Source: Paraspadella gotoi (Eukaryota; Animalia; Chaetognatha). Taken from it: 64,000 nucleotides of DNA. The stretch is taken from positions 21,948,278-22,012,277 of the forward strand of contig CM119265.1 of the NCBI GenBank assembly GCA_051294375.1, given 5' to 3'. Both the position numbers and the translations under genes were made by a program. Shown piece by piece: positions 38,145 to 50,417 of the stretch. Numbering within the stretch: position 1 is the stretch's first letter; the number at the start of each line of letters is the position of its first letter. Below the pieces are notes generated by a model. That model was not told the DNA's origin, searched no databases, and was given only the letters and a program-made list of their open reading frames with translations.

Positions 38145-41100
38145 CACACAAACTCGTCTTGTCTCCAACGATTTTCTGCGACTCTGATTTTTCGAAAACT
38201 CGACTTCGATGGCTGCGCCCAAAAATTTTTTTACAACGATTTCTATTTAATATAAAAAATATTTGTGGAAAAGATAACTTTAACTAATTTTTTTAAAAAA
38301 GTTTTTGCCACTTTTTTGAAAAAAAGCCGTATGTATCCTTACCAACTAGTATTTTCTTACACCACGATCTCTGACCAAATCAAACCGCCATCTTCGCTCA
38401 GCTTTTCAACTTTTTCTTTTTTCAACTCATGCTTTGTCACCATCTTCCTTCTTCTCTGAAGCCGAGAAAAAGAAAAAAAAACCCGACTTGTCGCAAAACT
38501 CGAAACTCGAATTTCAGTCGGCGTAAGCCTCTTAAAAAAAAAAGAGACAGAGATCATTATTCACATTCTTAATCTTATTTTTCGTCTCAAAATTTCAAGA
38601 TGGAAAAACTCATCTTAATTCAAGAGTCGATTCCTCGGGACAAACATCTTCGTCTGTCGAAAGGTCATCGCCCACGCCACGGCACGCCACCGGGCACGCC
38701 ACTGCCCGCAATATTATCGCGTCATTGCCCACGCCATTAAATCCACGCCATTTTCTACGAAAATCATCGTCATCGCCGCGACAAAGTCTCAAACCTGACG
38801 CCAAAATAACCCAAACTCAATTGACTAACGATCGGCTCTCGTGTCGTTGTTTATGTCTCTTAATTGTTTCTCCTCTGCTCTCTCTCCTTTTTTAACTCGA
38901 TTCTTCCTTAATCAGAATTTTTTTTAAAATCGTCAATTAATTTTTTTTTTTTTTTGAGGGCATTGGACACGCGACGATGTGGCATCAGTGGAAGAAACAA
39001 GCCAACAATTTATAACTCGACTAAACAAAAATTTTGAAAAAAAAAATTTCAACGTCTTAGTATACGTTTTGTACTTATTATTGTTTATTTATATTTTGTA
39101 TTTCGTATATTTGTTTGTTTTATGTTTATACCATTTTTATTGTTGATTCAGGACATTGAGATGGAGTCAATGCATCATTAACTCTAGTGTCTCAGTCCCT
39201 GTGATTAAACCACATGATGTCGGTTATGTCTCGGGTCTGCGTCGCCAAGTAGACGCTAATCTCTCCTCTTCTCTCTCTCTCTCTCTCGCTCCAATATCGT
39301 TCGTCGACTTTTTTTTAACACCCCATAAAGTCAGCGTGAAATTTTCAACAGTACGCATTTTACATTGTTTAACCGGGATCATTATAGTTGCAATACTATA
39401 TCCGTTTCTCGGGCGCTAAGTGAAGCTTCGAGGGGGAGTTCTGCTTTTATCCGAACCTTAAATTATATGTCGTAATTCAATTAATATTTTTTAAAAAAAT
39501 TAGAATCGACGGGCTTTTTTTTCTTCAATGGTGGGAGCTAATTTGAGTTTTTCGTAAATGATATCTGAATACCAATTAAAGGAGACTTGCGTCGGCTATT
39601 TTTTTTTAAGCTCATCAAATTAATAGAGTTTTATTAAAGAAAATTTAATTAATACTACGGCGGTTGCTACGGTACTGTATGATTTTTTAAAACGGGTGTG
39701 TCCGCTTTGAAAACAGTGAGAACGCGACTGAACGTGGGAAAATTGGGATCTTAGGCTTTCAACGCGCGTCGAATCCTTTGACTCAACTGTAGCAAGAAAA
39801 TGATTTTAGCCCGAATCCGGTTACCTACATTCTCATGACCTTTTCGCATCCTTTCTTTTTTGACGTTATCGTCTACCCGATTTTAGAGATGTTTTAACTT
39901 TAAACCTCTTATCTTTTTTTGTTTTTCAGAACAAAAAAAATGTCTCTCCTTTCTCTGTCGGCCGTGAATCCCGCAGAAAGATTTAGGACAACGAAATTCG
40001 TCCGGCGAAAATAAAAGCGAAAAAAAAAGAAGAAAAGGTAAAAAAATAAAAAGAAAGAAAATAAATTTGAATACGTTGGACGTCGACTTTGAATTCGTCT
40101 CCGTATGAGATAAAAAAAGCGTCGATTTCCTCCGTCATTTCACAGCATTCGACGCCAAAGCACAACAGCTAAAGAAAATATAAGTACCGATTGACTCTCG
40201 CAAAAACCTCAACACACTGAATGACTCCATCGTAAACGACTTCGGCGAAACAAAACTGAAAGCCTTGAAGAACACTTTCAATCAAGATGTGGCCTCGAGA
40301 AATTCGAGTGGAAAATGTAATTGAACCGAAATTTCAATTCCAGTTGCTAAAACCGGATAAATACCAAGATCGGTCCTCCGATAAAAAAAGATAATAAAAA
40401 ATATTCGCGTTGGGGGGAAATGAAGACATTAACGAGAGAAGATAAAGAATTCCTTGATTTCGAGTTGGGAAATTAAAATGAAACCTCACGCGCGATTTTA
40501 AAACACAAAAACGACAAAAAAAAAAAAAAAAAAAACCAACAAAAAAACCAAAAAAAAAAAAAAAAAACCCGAAAATATAAAACCAATTATTAAAAAAAAT
40601 GACAAATGAAAACGCAACCTCGTCAATAAGGAATTAGAAAAAGAAGTACAAATCCTTACAAACAAACAAACAAACGAAAGACCTTTTCATTGCAAATGTG
40701 AAAAAAATAAATTCACGACTTTAAAAAAAAAAAAAAAAAAAAAATTGGCCACTCCGAATTTTCATCTCATCTCAAATTCTTTACATCGCCACGAAAACGG
40801 AATCCGAAATTCTGGAAATCAAATATCTTTCTTTTATTTTTAAGTTTAACGTTTTTTTATTTTTTCATTTTTTAGTTTTGCCCTTTTTTTGTTGTTCAAA
40901 CATCTTCGAGGAAGCGAGGAGCATCCGCCAGCGATAGTCTTTTTTTTTTTTGTATATGGGATGTCGAATCATTGCGCATTAGAGATCTTTCTCACCCGCA
41001 ACTTCAGACACTTTTAGCTCCACTTTTTGGGCGAAGAAGACTTGGACTACTACTACAAAGCGACGAACAGTGACGCCAACACCACAGACAACCAAGCACA

Positions 41101-41265
41101 GAATTTCAAAACAAACAATAACGATATAGAGCCTTTTAGATTACTTCGTCAAAGGGGGAGCGAATTTTCGCCGCTTCGCCGGCATTTAAGCATCCCGCCA
41201 ATCCTTCATTCGCATCCCGCCATCTTCCCGCCAATCCTTCATCTTCTTCCATCTACCGAGGCGCG

Positions 41266-42132
41266 ATTGTTCCCTTATTAATTACCAATGCTATTGAGGT
41301 TCGCTCCGTGAAATATCGGGCAACGCGGGCATCCTCACGGTGTCGTCTTGCGATAGCGGCGGCTCCTAGTGACGCTCCCTCTCCCTTCGTCCGACCGAAC
41401 TGAACCGCGTTTCCCGTCTCTGTTCTCAAATGAGGGGGGGCGACCGAACTGCGCCGTCTCGTTGCCGAAAATTGCCCGACGACGCCCGGCTCGCTCGTTC
41501 ACGACGTGGGTACCTATAAATCGGCAAACGGACGCCGCGGCCGAGATGACACAAGCCGTTTGGAAAGCGAGCGACGCCGTCCGATGTCCGACGCAGTTGC
41601 CCGCCTACGCGATCCACGAACGCGCGCCGAACGAGACCGCACGGCAGACGGCGCCGGACGATGTCGCAGTCGCACCCGGCCGCCAGCGATCGAAGATCCC
41701 GGCAGGTCCAGATCCCGTCCTCTACCCTCATCCGCCAAACCGTCGAAAACGAAGCCAACGCCGCCGCCGGCCTGCCGCGGCGTCCGCGATATCATCGGCA
41801 GAGTCCCTCCGCTTCATGACGCCGGACCGCCGCACACCAAAGTCCGGCGGTCGAACGCTCACACTAGTGGAACGACGGCGCAGAGTCCCAGGAGAAGCAG
41901 CGACGGAGAGGGCATGGGCACGAGCGCAGCGACGCCTGCGGCCGATCCGTGTCCGGCCCGTTTCACGTGCGATGCGAAGGCGGCGGACGGAACGCGCGAG
42001 TCTTCGGCGCTGCACCAACGTCCGACTTGGCCGAGCGAGGACTGCTATGAGTGGCGAGGGAGAAGCGCCACACTCCCGTCTGGTCTGTCAAGCAACATTC
42101 TTCCGGAAGTCACCGTCGTGGAGAAGCCGACG
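41266..42132 (+). pseudogene. Inverted noisy copy of IgSF exon 1
   Basis: Reverse complement of 45153-45890 inflated by many small insertions; ends ...VTVVEKPT|GTAAGG; start codon corrupted. Confidence 0.75.
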
Positions 42133-42524
42133 GTAAGGCGATGAGATCAGTATAGATAGTATAGATGTTGCCGTTGTTATTTTTTGAAAGAGTATATGAA
42201 TGTTGTTTATGCTTTTGGCTGTGAAAAGTTTGTTTATATATGTTAATGTTTGTGTTTGATTTTTGACAAAGAACAGAATTGAACCAGCCGTTCACAAAAA
42301 ACAAATCTTTTAATAACACTATGTACTAACCCAATGTTAGATAAGCTAAATGACTGTAGATTTTACTAGGTTTCAAAATAAGAAAAATATTTGAAACTAT
42401 GATATCAATATTTAATGTTTGTCTCTATGTATTATTCAAACCAAACTTTTAAATTAAATTAACACAGACACTAAATTTCTGATTTGAATTTGTAATCCTC
42501 TAATTATTTCCTCCCTCTCCCCAG

Positions 42525-42748
42525 TGCTTCCATCGTGTCCGCCTAACCAAGAAGGGATTTCGGCACGCCCTACCCGGCCAACGGTTCCATTTCCCTCTCA
42601 CGGCGACAAGATCAAGTTCCTCTGCGTCGTCACGCTCGAAAGTCCAAAGTGTCAAAGTGGCGTGGTTCAGTTGAGCGGCGACGCCAAAACCGCCGTCGGC
42701 ACGATAAGAGGGGAGATGGAAAACCCCGTCTCGGCGATCGATCCCCGG
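42525..42748 (+). pseudogene. Inverted noisy copy of IgSF exon 2
   Basis: Reverse complement of 44539-44760 (GDKIKFLCVV retained) with frameshifts. Confidence 0.75.
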
Positions 42749-42987
42749 GTGAGGCCAGGAAAGTCAGTTTCGAAAATCGAGACGTAGGACCGCACAGTGG
42801 TGTTTGAAGTCGGGAGGCGAGGAGAGAGAGAAAAAAATTCGGCAGTCGGAAGAGCGAGTGAGACGTAATCGGGTTGGGTGAGTGAGCGCGTCTCGTTACT
42901 TACTTTTTCGAATACTGAGACGTAGAGAAAACCGGTTGGTCAGAACGTGTCCACTCTTTTCTTTATTTCATTTTTGTGGGGAGAGAG

Positions 42988-43018
<31 letters not shown>

Positions 43019-44538
43019 GAGGAGTAACAGAGAAATATTTTAAAATGTGTGTAGAGAAATGTGGAGTTGTAAAAAGAAAAAAATATACTAAGGTTTTACA
43101 AAGCTGGTGAAAGACTTTGAAGATGAGAACATTGAAATAAAATGTTTGACATAAACATAAAAATTTTAAAATCATTAAAAAAAAAACAATTAAAAAAAAA
43201 AATAAATGACAAAAAAAGAATAATTTAGAACCGATTGAAACAATAGGACGCAACTGAATCGAATATAACTGTCTCAATACGTGTGTGACAGTGAAGAATG
43301 AATTCACCTGCATTCAACGTATCTGTATCACTGAGGAGACTCTTATATCAAATCGTCTATCCGTCTATCATCTATCATCTCGCTATCATTTATCTCCCAG
43401 CCTCTCTCTTCGATGAGAAGTTCGTCTCACATTCACGTCGCGTGAAAGTGTCATCCATCCAACTCGCGAGTTCAAAGACGACGAAACAAAAAAAAAGAAA
43501 AGAAATAAAAAACATAATATGAATCTGGCACAAAACAAGACGTCCTTAACCAAGGGCTTATTAATAGATGCGGGGGAAAAAGGCCGAGAAAAAGAAAAGA
43601 AAATTNNNNNNNNNNNNNNNNNNNNNNNNNTTTTTTTTTTTTTGTTTCGTCGTCTTTCAACTCGCGAGTTGGATGGATGACACTTTCACACGACGTGAAT
43701 GTGAGANNNNNNNNNNTGAACTCGCGAGTTGGATGGATGACACTTTCACGCGACGTGAATGTGAGACGAACTTCTCATCGAAGATGAGAGCTGGGAGATA
43801 AATGATAGCGAGATGATAGATGATAGACGGATAGACGATTGATATAAAGAGTCTCCTCAGTGATACAGATACGTTGAATGCAGGTGAAGTTCATTCTTCA
43901 CTGTCACACACGTTGAGACAGTTATATTCGATTAGTTGCGTCCTATTGTTTCAATCCGGTTCTAAATTATTTCTTTTTGTCATTTATTTTTTGTTTTTAA
44001 TTGTTTTTTTTTTAATGATTTTAAAATTTTTATGTTATATGTCAAAATTTATTTCAATGTTCTCATCTTCAAGTCTTTCACAGCTTTGTAAAACCTTAAG
44101 TCTTATTTTTTTCTTTTTACAACTCCACATTTCTTCTACACATTTAAAAATATTTGCGGACTGTTACTCATCTTCTCCTCTCTCTTCCCCTTTGTTGCTC
44201 TATCCTCATTCCTCACTATCTACTCACTCACTCACTCACTCACTCACTCAACTCACTCACTCACTCACTCTACTCACTCACTCACTCACTCTCTCTCTCT
44301 CTCTCTCTCACAAATAATGAAATAAAGAAAAGAGTGGACACGTTCTGACCAACCGGTTTTCTCTACGTCTCAGTATTTCGAAAAAGTAAGTAACGAGACG
44401 CGCTCACCTCACCCAACCCGATTACGTCTCACTTCCCTTTCCGACGCGACGATTTTTTTTCTCTCTCTCGCCTCCCGACTCAAACACCACTGTGCGGCTC
44501 CTACGTCTCGATTTCGAAACTGACTTTCCTGGCCTCAC

Positions 44539-44760
44539 CCGGGGATCGACGCCGAGGACGGGTTTCCATCTCACCCTCTTATCGATGCCGACGGCGGGTT
44601 TGGCGTCGCCGTCACGGAACCACGCCACTTTGACCACTTTGGACTTTCGAGCGTTGACGACGCAGAGGAACTTGATCTTGTCGCCCGTGGAGAGGGAAAT
44701 GGAACCGTTGGCCGGGTAGGGCGTGCCGAATCCCTTCTTGGTTAGCGGCACGATGGAGCA
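44539..44760 (-). CDS. IgSF gene exon 2 (N-half of Ig domain 2)
   Basis: Acceptor CCCTCTCCCCCAG, phase 0. CSIVPLTKK...GDKIKFLCVVNARKSKVVKVAWFRDG carries the B-strand Cys and C-strand Trp. Donor CGG|GTGAGG, with an alternative in-phase donor AGG|GTGAGA at 44575. Confidence 0.85.
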
Positions 44761-45152
44761 CTGGGGGAGAGGGAGGAAATAATTTAGAGGATTATAATTC
44801 GAAATCAGAAATTAGTGTCTGTGTTAAATTTAATTTCAAAGTTTGGTTTGAATAATACATAGAAGACAAACATAAATATACATAGTTTCAAATATTTTCT
44901 TATTTTGAAACCAGTAAAATCTACAGTACATTTAGCCTATCTAACATTGGGTTAGTACATAGTGTTATTAAAAGATTTGTTTTTTGTGAACGGCTGGTTC
45001 ACATTCTGTTCTTTGTCAAAAATCAAACACAAACATTAACATATTATAAACAAACTTTTCACAGCCAAAAGCATAAACAAACATTCATATACATCTTTCA
45101 AAAAATAACAACGGCAACATCTATACTATCTATACTGATCTCATCGCCTTAC

Positions 45153-45890
45153 CGTCGGCTTCTCCACGACGGTGACTCGAAAATGTTGATTGAAGGAAGA
45201 GTTGGTTCTCCCTCGACACTCATAGAGTCCCTCGTCGGCAAAGTCGGCCTTGGTCACGTGAAGACGCGTCCGTCCGCCGCCTTCGATCACGTGAAACGGC
45301 GGCAGGGTCGGCCGCGGCGTCGCTGCGTCGTCCCATGCGCCTCCCGTCGCTGCTTTCCTGGGATCTGCGCCGTCGTTCCACGTGGAGCGTTCGCCGCGGA
45401 CTTTGGTGTCGGCGACGGCGTCAGAAGCGGAGGGATCTGCCGATGACTGCGGAGCCGCGGCGGCGGCGGCGGCGGTGTTGCTCGTTTGAGGTTTGGCGGA
45501 TGAGGTAGAGGAGGATTGGACGCCGGGATTCGTCGTGGCGCCGGTGGAAGCGAATGTCGGCGCCGTCGTGGGTTCTCGCTTCGGGCGCCGCGGGATCACG
45601 AGGTCGTGAAACTCGTCGGAAACGGCGTCGGGTTCCAATTTTTCGGCGCGGCGTCCTTGCGATTTATAGTACCAATCGAAGACGACGGCGTCGTCGGGAT
45701 TTTCGCACGAGAGGCGCAGTTCGGTGCCTTTGAGAACAGAGACGGAAACGCGGTTCCGTTCGGTGGACGAAGGGAGAGGGAGCGTCACTAGGAGCGCCGC
45801 TATCGTCAAAGACGACACCGTGAGGTGCCCGCGTTGGCCCGATATTTCACGGGCGAACCTCAATAGCATTGGTAATAATGAAGGGAACAT
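45153..45890 (-). CDS. IgSF type I membrane protein, coding exon 1 (signal-like segment plus Ig domain 1 with long insert)
   Basis: Intact 246-codon frame from ATG 45890. Hydrophobic SSLTIAALLVTLPL segment. Ig hallmarks VLKGTELRLSC (C62), VFDWYY (W73), LHVTKADFADEGLYEC (D-x-G-x-Y-x-C, C225), FRVTVVEKP. Ends ACG|GTAAGG, phase 0. Confidence 0.88.
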
Positions 45891-48236
45891 CGCGCCTCGG
45901 TAGATTGGGAAGAAGATGAAGGATTGGCGGGAAGATGGCGGGAAGATTGGCGGGAAGATGAAGGATTGGCGGGATGCTTAAATGCCGGGCGAAGCGGCGA
46001 AAGTTCGCTCCCCTTTGACGAAGAATCAAAAGGCCATATCGTTATTGTTGTTTTGAATTCTGTGTTGGTTGTTGTGGTTGTTGGCGTCACTGTCGTCGCT
46101 TTGGTAGTAGTCAAGTCTTTCGCCCAAAAAGTGGAGCAAAAGTGTCTGAAGTTGGTGAGAAAATTCGCGAATGATTCGAATCCATCTACAAAAAAAAAAG
46201 ACTATCGCTGGCGGATGCTCCTCGCTTCCTCGAAGATGTTTGAACAACAAAAAAAAGGGCAAAAACTAAAAAATGAAAAAATAAAAAAACGTTAAACTTA
46301 AAAATAAAAGAAAGATATTGATTTCCAGAATTTCGGATTCCGTTTCGTGGCGATGTAAAGAATTTGAGATGAGATGAAAATCCGAAGTGGCCGAATTTTT
46401 TTTTTTTTTTTTTTTTAAAAGTCGTGAATTTATTTTTTTCACATTTGCAATTGAAAAGGTCTTTCGTTTGTTTGTTTGTTTGTAAGGATTGTACTTCTTT
46501 TTCTAATTCCTTATTGACGAGGTTTCGTTTTCATTTGTCGTTTGCTTAAATAATTGGTTTTATATTTTCGGTTTTTTTGTTTTTTTTTGTCGTTTTAAAA
46601 TCGCGCGTGAGGTTTCATTTTAATTTCCCAACTCGAAATCAAGGAATTCTTATCTTCTCTCGTTAATGTCTCATTTCCCCACAAACGCGAATATTTTTTA
46701 TTATCTTTTTTTATCGGAGGGCCGATCTTGGTATTTATCCGGTTTTTAGCAACTGGAATTGAAATTTCGGTTCAATTACATTTTCCACTCGAATTTCTCG
46801 AGGCCACATCTTGATTGAAAGTGTTCTTCAAGGCTTTCAGTTTTGTTTCGCCGAAGTCGTTTACGATGGAGTCATTCAGTGTGTTGAGGTTTTTGCGAGA
46901 GTCAATCGGTACTTATATTTTCTTTAGCTGTTGTGCTTTGGCGTCGAATGCTGTGAAATGACGGAGGAAATCGACGCTTTTTTTAATCTCATTACGGAGA
47001 CGAATTCAAAGTCGACGTCCAACGTATTCAAATTTATTTTCTTTCTTTTTATTTTTTTACCTTTTCTTCTTTTTTTTTCGCTTTTATTTTCGCCGGACGA
47101 ATTTCGTTGTCCTAAATCTTTCTGCGGGATTCACGGCCGACAGAGAAAGGAGAGACATTTTTTTTGTTCTTAAAAAAAAGAAAGATAAGAGGTTAAAGTT
47201 AAAACATCTCTAAAATCGGGTAGACGATAACGTCAAAAAAGAAAGGATGCGAAAAGGTCATGAGATATAGGTAACCGGATTCGGGCTAAAATCATTTTCT
47301 TGCTACAGTTGAGTCAAAGGATTCGACGCGCGTTGAAAGCCAAAGATCCCAATTTTCCCACGTTCAGTCGCGTTCTCACTGTTTTTCAAGCGGACACACC
47401 CGTTTAAAAAATCATACAGTACCGTAGCACCGCCGTAGGTATTAATTAAATTTTCTTTATAAAACTCTATTAATTTGGATGAGCTAAAAAAAAATAGCCG
47501 ACGCAAGTCTCCTTTAATTGGTATTCAGATATCATTTACGAAAAAACTCAAATTAGCTCCCACCATTGAAGAAAAAAAGCCCGTCGATTCTAATTTTTTA
47601 AAAAATATTAATTGAATTACGACATATAATTTAAGGTTCGGATAAAAGCAGAACTCCCCCTCGAAGCTTCACTTAGCGCCCGAGAAACGGATATAGTATT
47701 GCAACTATAATGATCCCGGTTAACAATGTAAAATGCGTACTGTGAAAATTTCACGCTGACTTTATGGGGTGTTAAAAAAAAGTCGACGAACGATATTGGA
47801 GCGAGAGAGAGAGAGAGAGAGAGGAGAGATTAGCGTCTACTTGGCGACGCAGACCCGAGACATAACCGACATCATGTGGTTTAATCACAGGGACTGAGAC
47901 ACTAGAGTTAATGATGCATTGACTCCATCTCAATGTCCTGAATCAACAATAAAAATGGTATAAACATAAAACAAACAAATATACGAAATACAAAATATAA
48001 ATAAACAATAATAAGTACAAAACGTATACTAAGACGTTGAAATTTTTTTTTTCAAAATTTTGTTTAGTCGAGTTATAAATTTGTTGGCTTTTTCTTCCAC
48101 TGATGCCACATCGTCGCGTGTCCAATGCCCTCAAAAAAAAAAAAAATTAATTGACGATTTTAAAAAAAAATTCTGATTAAAGGAAGAATCGAGTAAAAAA
48201 GGAGAGAGAGCAGAGGAGAAACAAAAGGAGAGAGAT

Positions 48237-49564
48237 GAATTGAAATTTCGGTTCAATTACATTTTCCACTCGAATTTCTCGAGGCACATCTTGATTGAAA
48301 GTGTTCTTCAAGGCTTTCAGTTTTGTTTCGCCGAAGTCGTTTACGATGGAGTCATTCAGTGTGTTGTAGGTTTTGCGAGAGTCAATCGGTACTTATATTT
48401 CTTTAGCTGTTGTGCTTTGGCGTCGAATGCTGTGAAATGACGGAGGAAATCGACGCTTTTTTTAATCTCATTACGGAGACGAATTCAAAGTCGACGTCCA
48501 ACGTATTCAAATTTATTTTCTTTCTTTTTATTTTTTTACCTTTTCTTCTTTTTTTTTCGCTTTTATTTTCGCCGGACGAATTTCGTTGTCCTAAATCTTT
48601 CTGCGGGATTCACGGCCGACAGAGAAAGGAGAGACATTTTTTTTGTTCTTAAAAAAGAAAGATAAGAGGTTAAAGTTAAAAACATCTCTAAAATCGGGTA
48701 GACGATAACGTCAAAAAAGAAAGGATGCGAAAAGGTCATGAGATATAGGTAACCGGATTCGGGCTAAAATCATTTTCTTGCTACAGTTGAGTCAAAGGAT
48801 TCGACGCGGCGTTGAAAGCCAAAGATCCCAATTTTCCCACGTTCAGTCGCGTTCTCACTGTTTTTCAAGCGGACACACCCGTTTAAAAAATCATACAGTA
48901 CCGTAGCACCGCCGTAGTATTAATTAAATTTTCTTTATAAAACTCTATTAATTTGGATGAGCTAAAAAAAATAGCCGACGCAAGTCTCCTTTAATTGGTA
49001 TTCAGATATCATTTACGAAAAAACTCAAATTAGCTCCCACCATTGAAGAAAAAAAGCCCGTCGATTCTAATTTTTAAAAAAATATTAATTGAATTACGAC
49101 ATATAATTTAAGGTTCGGATAAAAGCAGAACTCCCCTCGAAGCTTCACTTAGCGCCCGAGAAACGGATATAGTATTGCAACTATAATGATCCCGGTTAAC
49201 AATGTAAAATGCGTACTGTGAAATTTCACGCTGACTTTATGGGTGTTAAAAAAAAGTCGACGAACGATATTGGAGCGAGAGAGAGAGAGAGAGAGAGAGA
49301 AGAGAGAGAGAGAAGAGAGATTAGCGTCTACTTGGCGACGCAGACCCGAGACATAACCGACATCATGTGGTTTAATCACAGGGACTGAGACACTAGAGTT
49401 AATGATGCATTGACTCCATCTCAATGTCCTGAATACAAAATAAAAATGGTATAAACAAAAAACAAACGAAATAACGAAATACAAAATATAAATAAACAGT
49501 AATAAGTACAAAAACGTATACTGAGACGTTGAAATTTTTTTTTTTCAAAATTTGGTTTAGTTTT
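48237..49564. repeat. Tandem re-copy of ~46757-48068
   Basis: Near-identical sequence (identical 80-aa spurious ORFs at 46931 and 48410); ends at an N-gap. Confidence 0.9.
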
Positions 49565-50304
49565 NNNNNNNNNNNNNNNNNNNNNNNNNAATTAAGAGAC
49601 ATGAAACAACGACACGAGAGCCGATCGTTAGTAATTGAGTTTGGGTTATTTTGGCGTCAGGTTTGAGACTTTGTCCGCGGCGATGACGATGATTTTCGTA
49701 GAAAATGGCGTGGATTTAATGGCGTGGGCAATGACGCGATAATATTGCGGGCAGTGGCGTGCCCGGTGGCGTGCCCGTGGCGTGGGCGATGACCTTCGAC
49801 AGACGAAGATGTTTGTCCCGAGGAATCGACTCTTGAATTAAGATGAGTTTTTCCATCTTGAAATTTTGAGACGAAAATAAGATTAAGAATGTGAATATGA
49901 TCTCTGTCTCTTTTTTTTTTAAGAGGCTTACGCCGACTGAAATTCGAGTTTCGAGTTTTGCGACAAGTCGGGTTTTTTTCTTTTTCTCGGCTTCAGAGAA
50001 GAAGGAAGATGGTGACAAAAGCATGAGTTGAAAAAAGAAAAAGTTGAAAAAGCGTGAGCGAAGATGGCGGTTTTGATTTGGTCAGAGATCGTGGTGTAAG
50101 AAAATACTAGTTGGTAAGGATACATACGGCTTTTTTTCATAAAAAGTGGCAAAACTTTTTTAAAAAAATTAGTTAAAGTTATCTTTTCCACAAATATTTT
50201 TTATATTAAATAGAAATCGTTGTAAAAAAATTTTTGGGCGCAGCCATCGAAGTCGAGTTTTCGAAAAATCAGAGTCGCAGAAAATCGTTGGAGACAAGAC
50301 GAGT

Positions 50305-50417
<113 letters not shown>

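Noticed and set aside
38655-38710. 12-bp repeat giving HATGHATGHAT in an ORF
   Set aside because: Short tandem repeat; the frame is not preserved across the three copies and there is no supporting exon structure.
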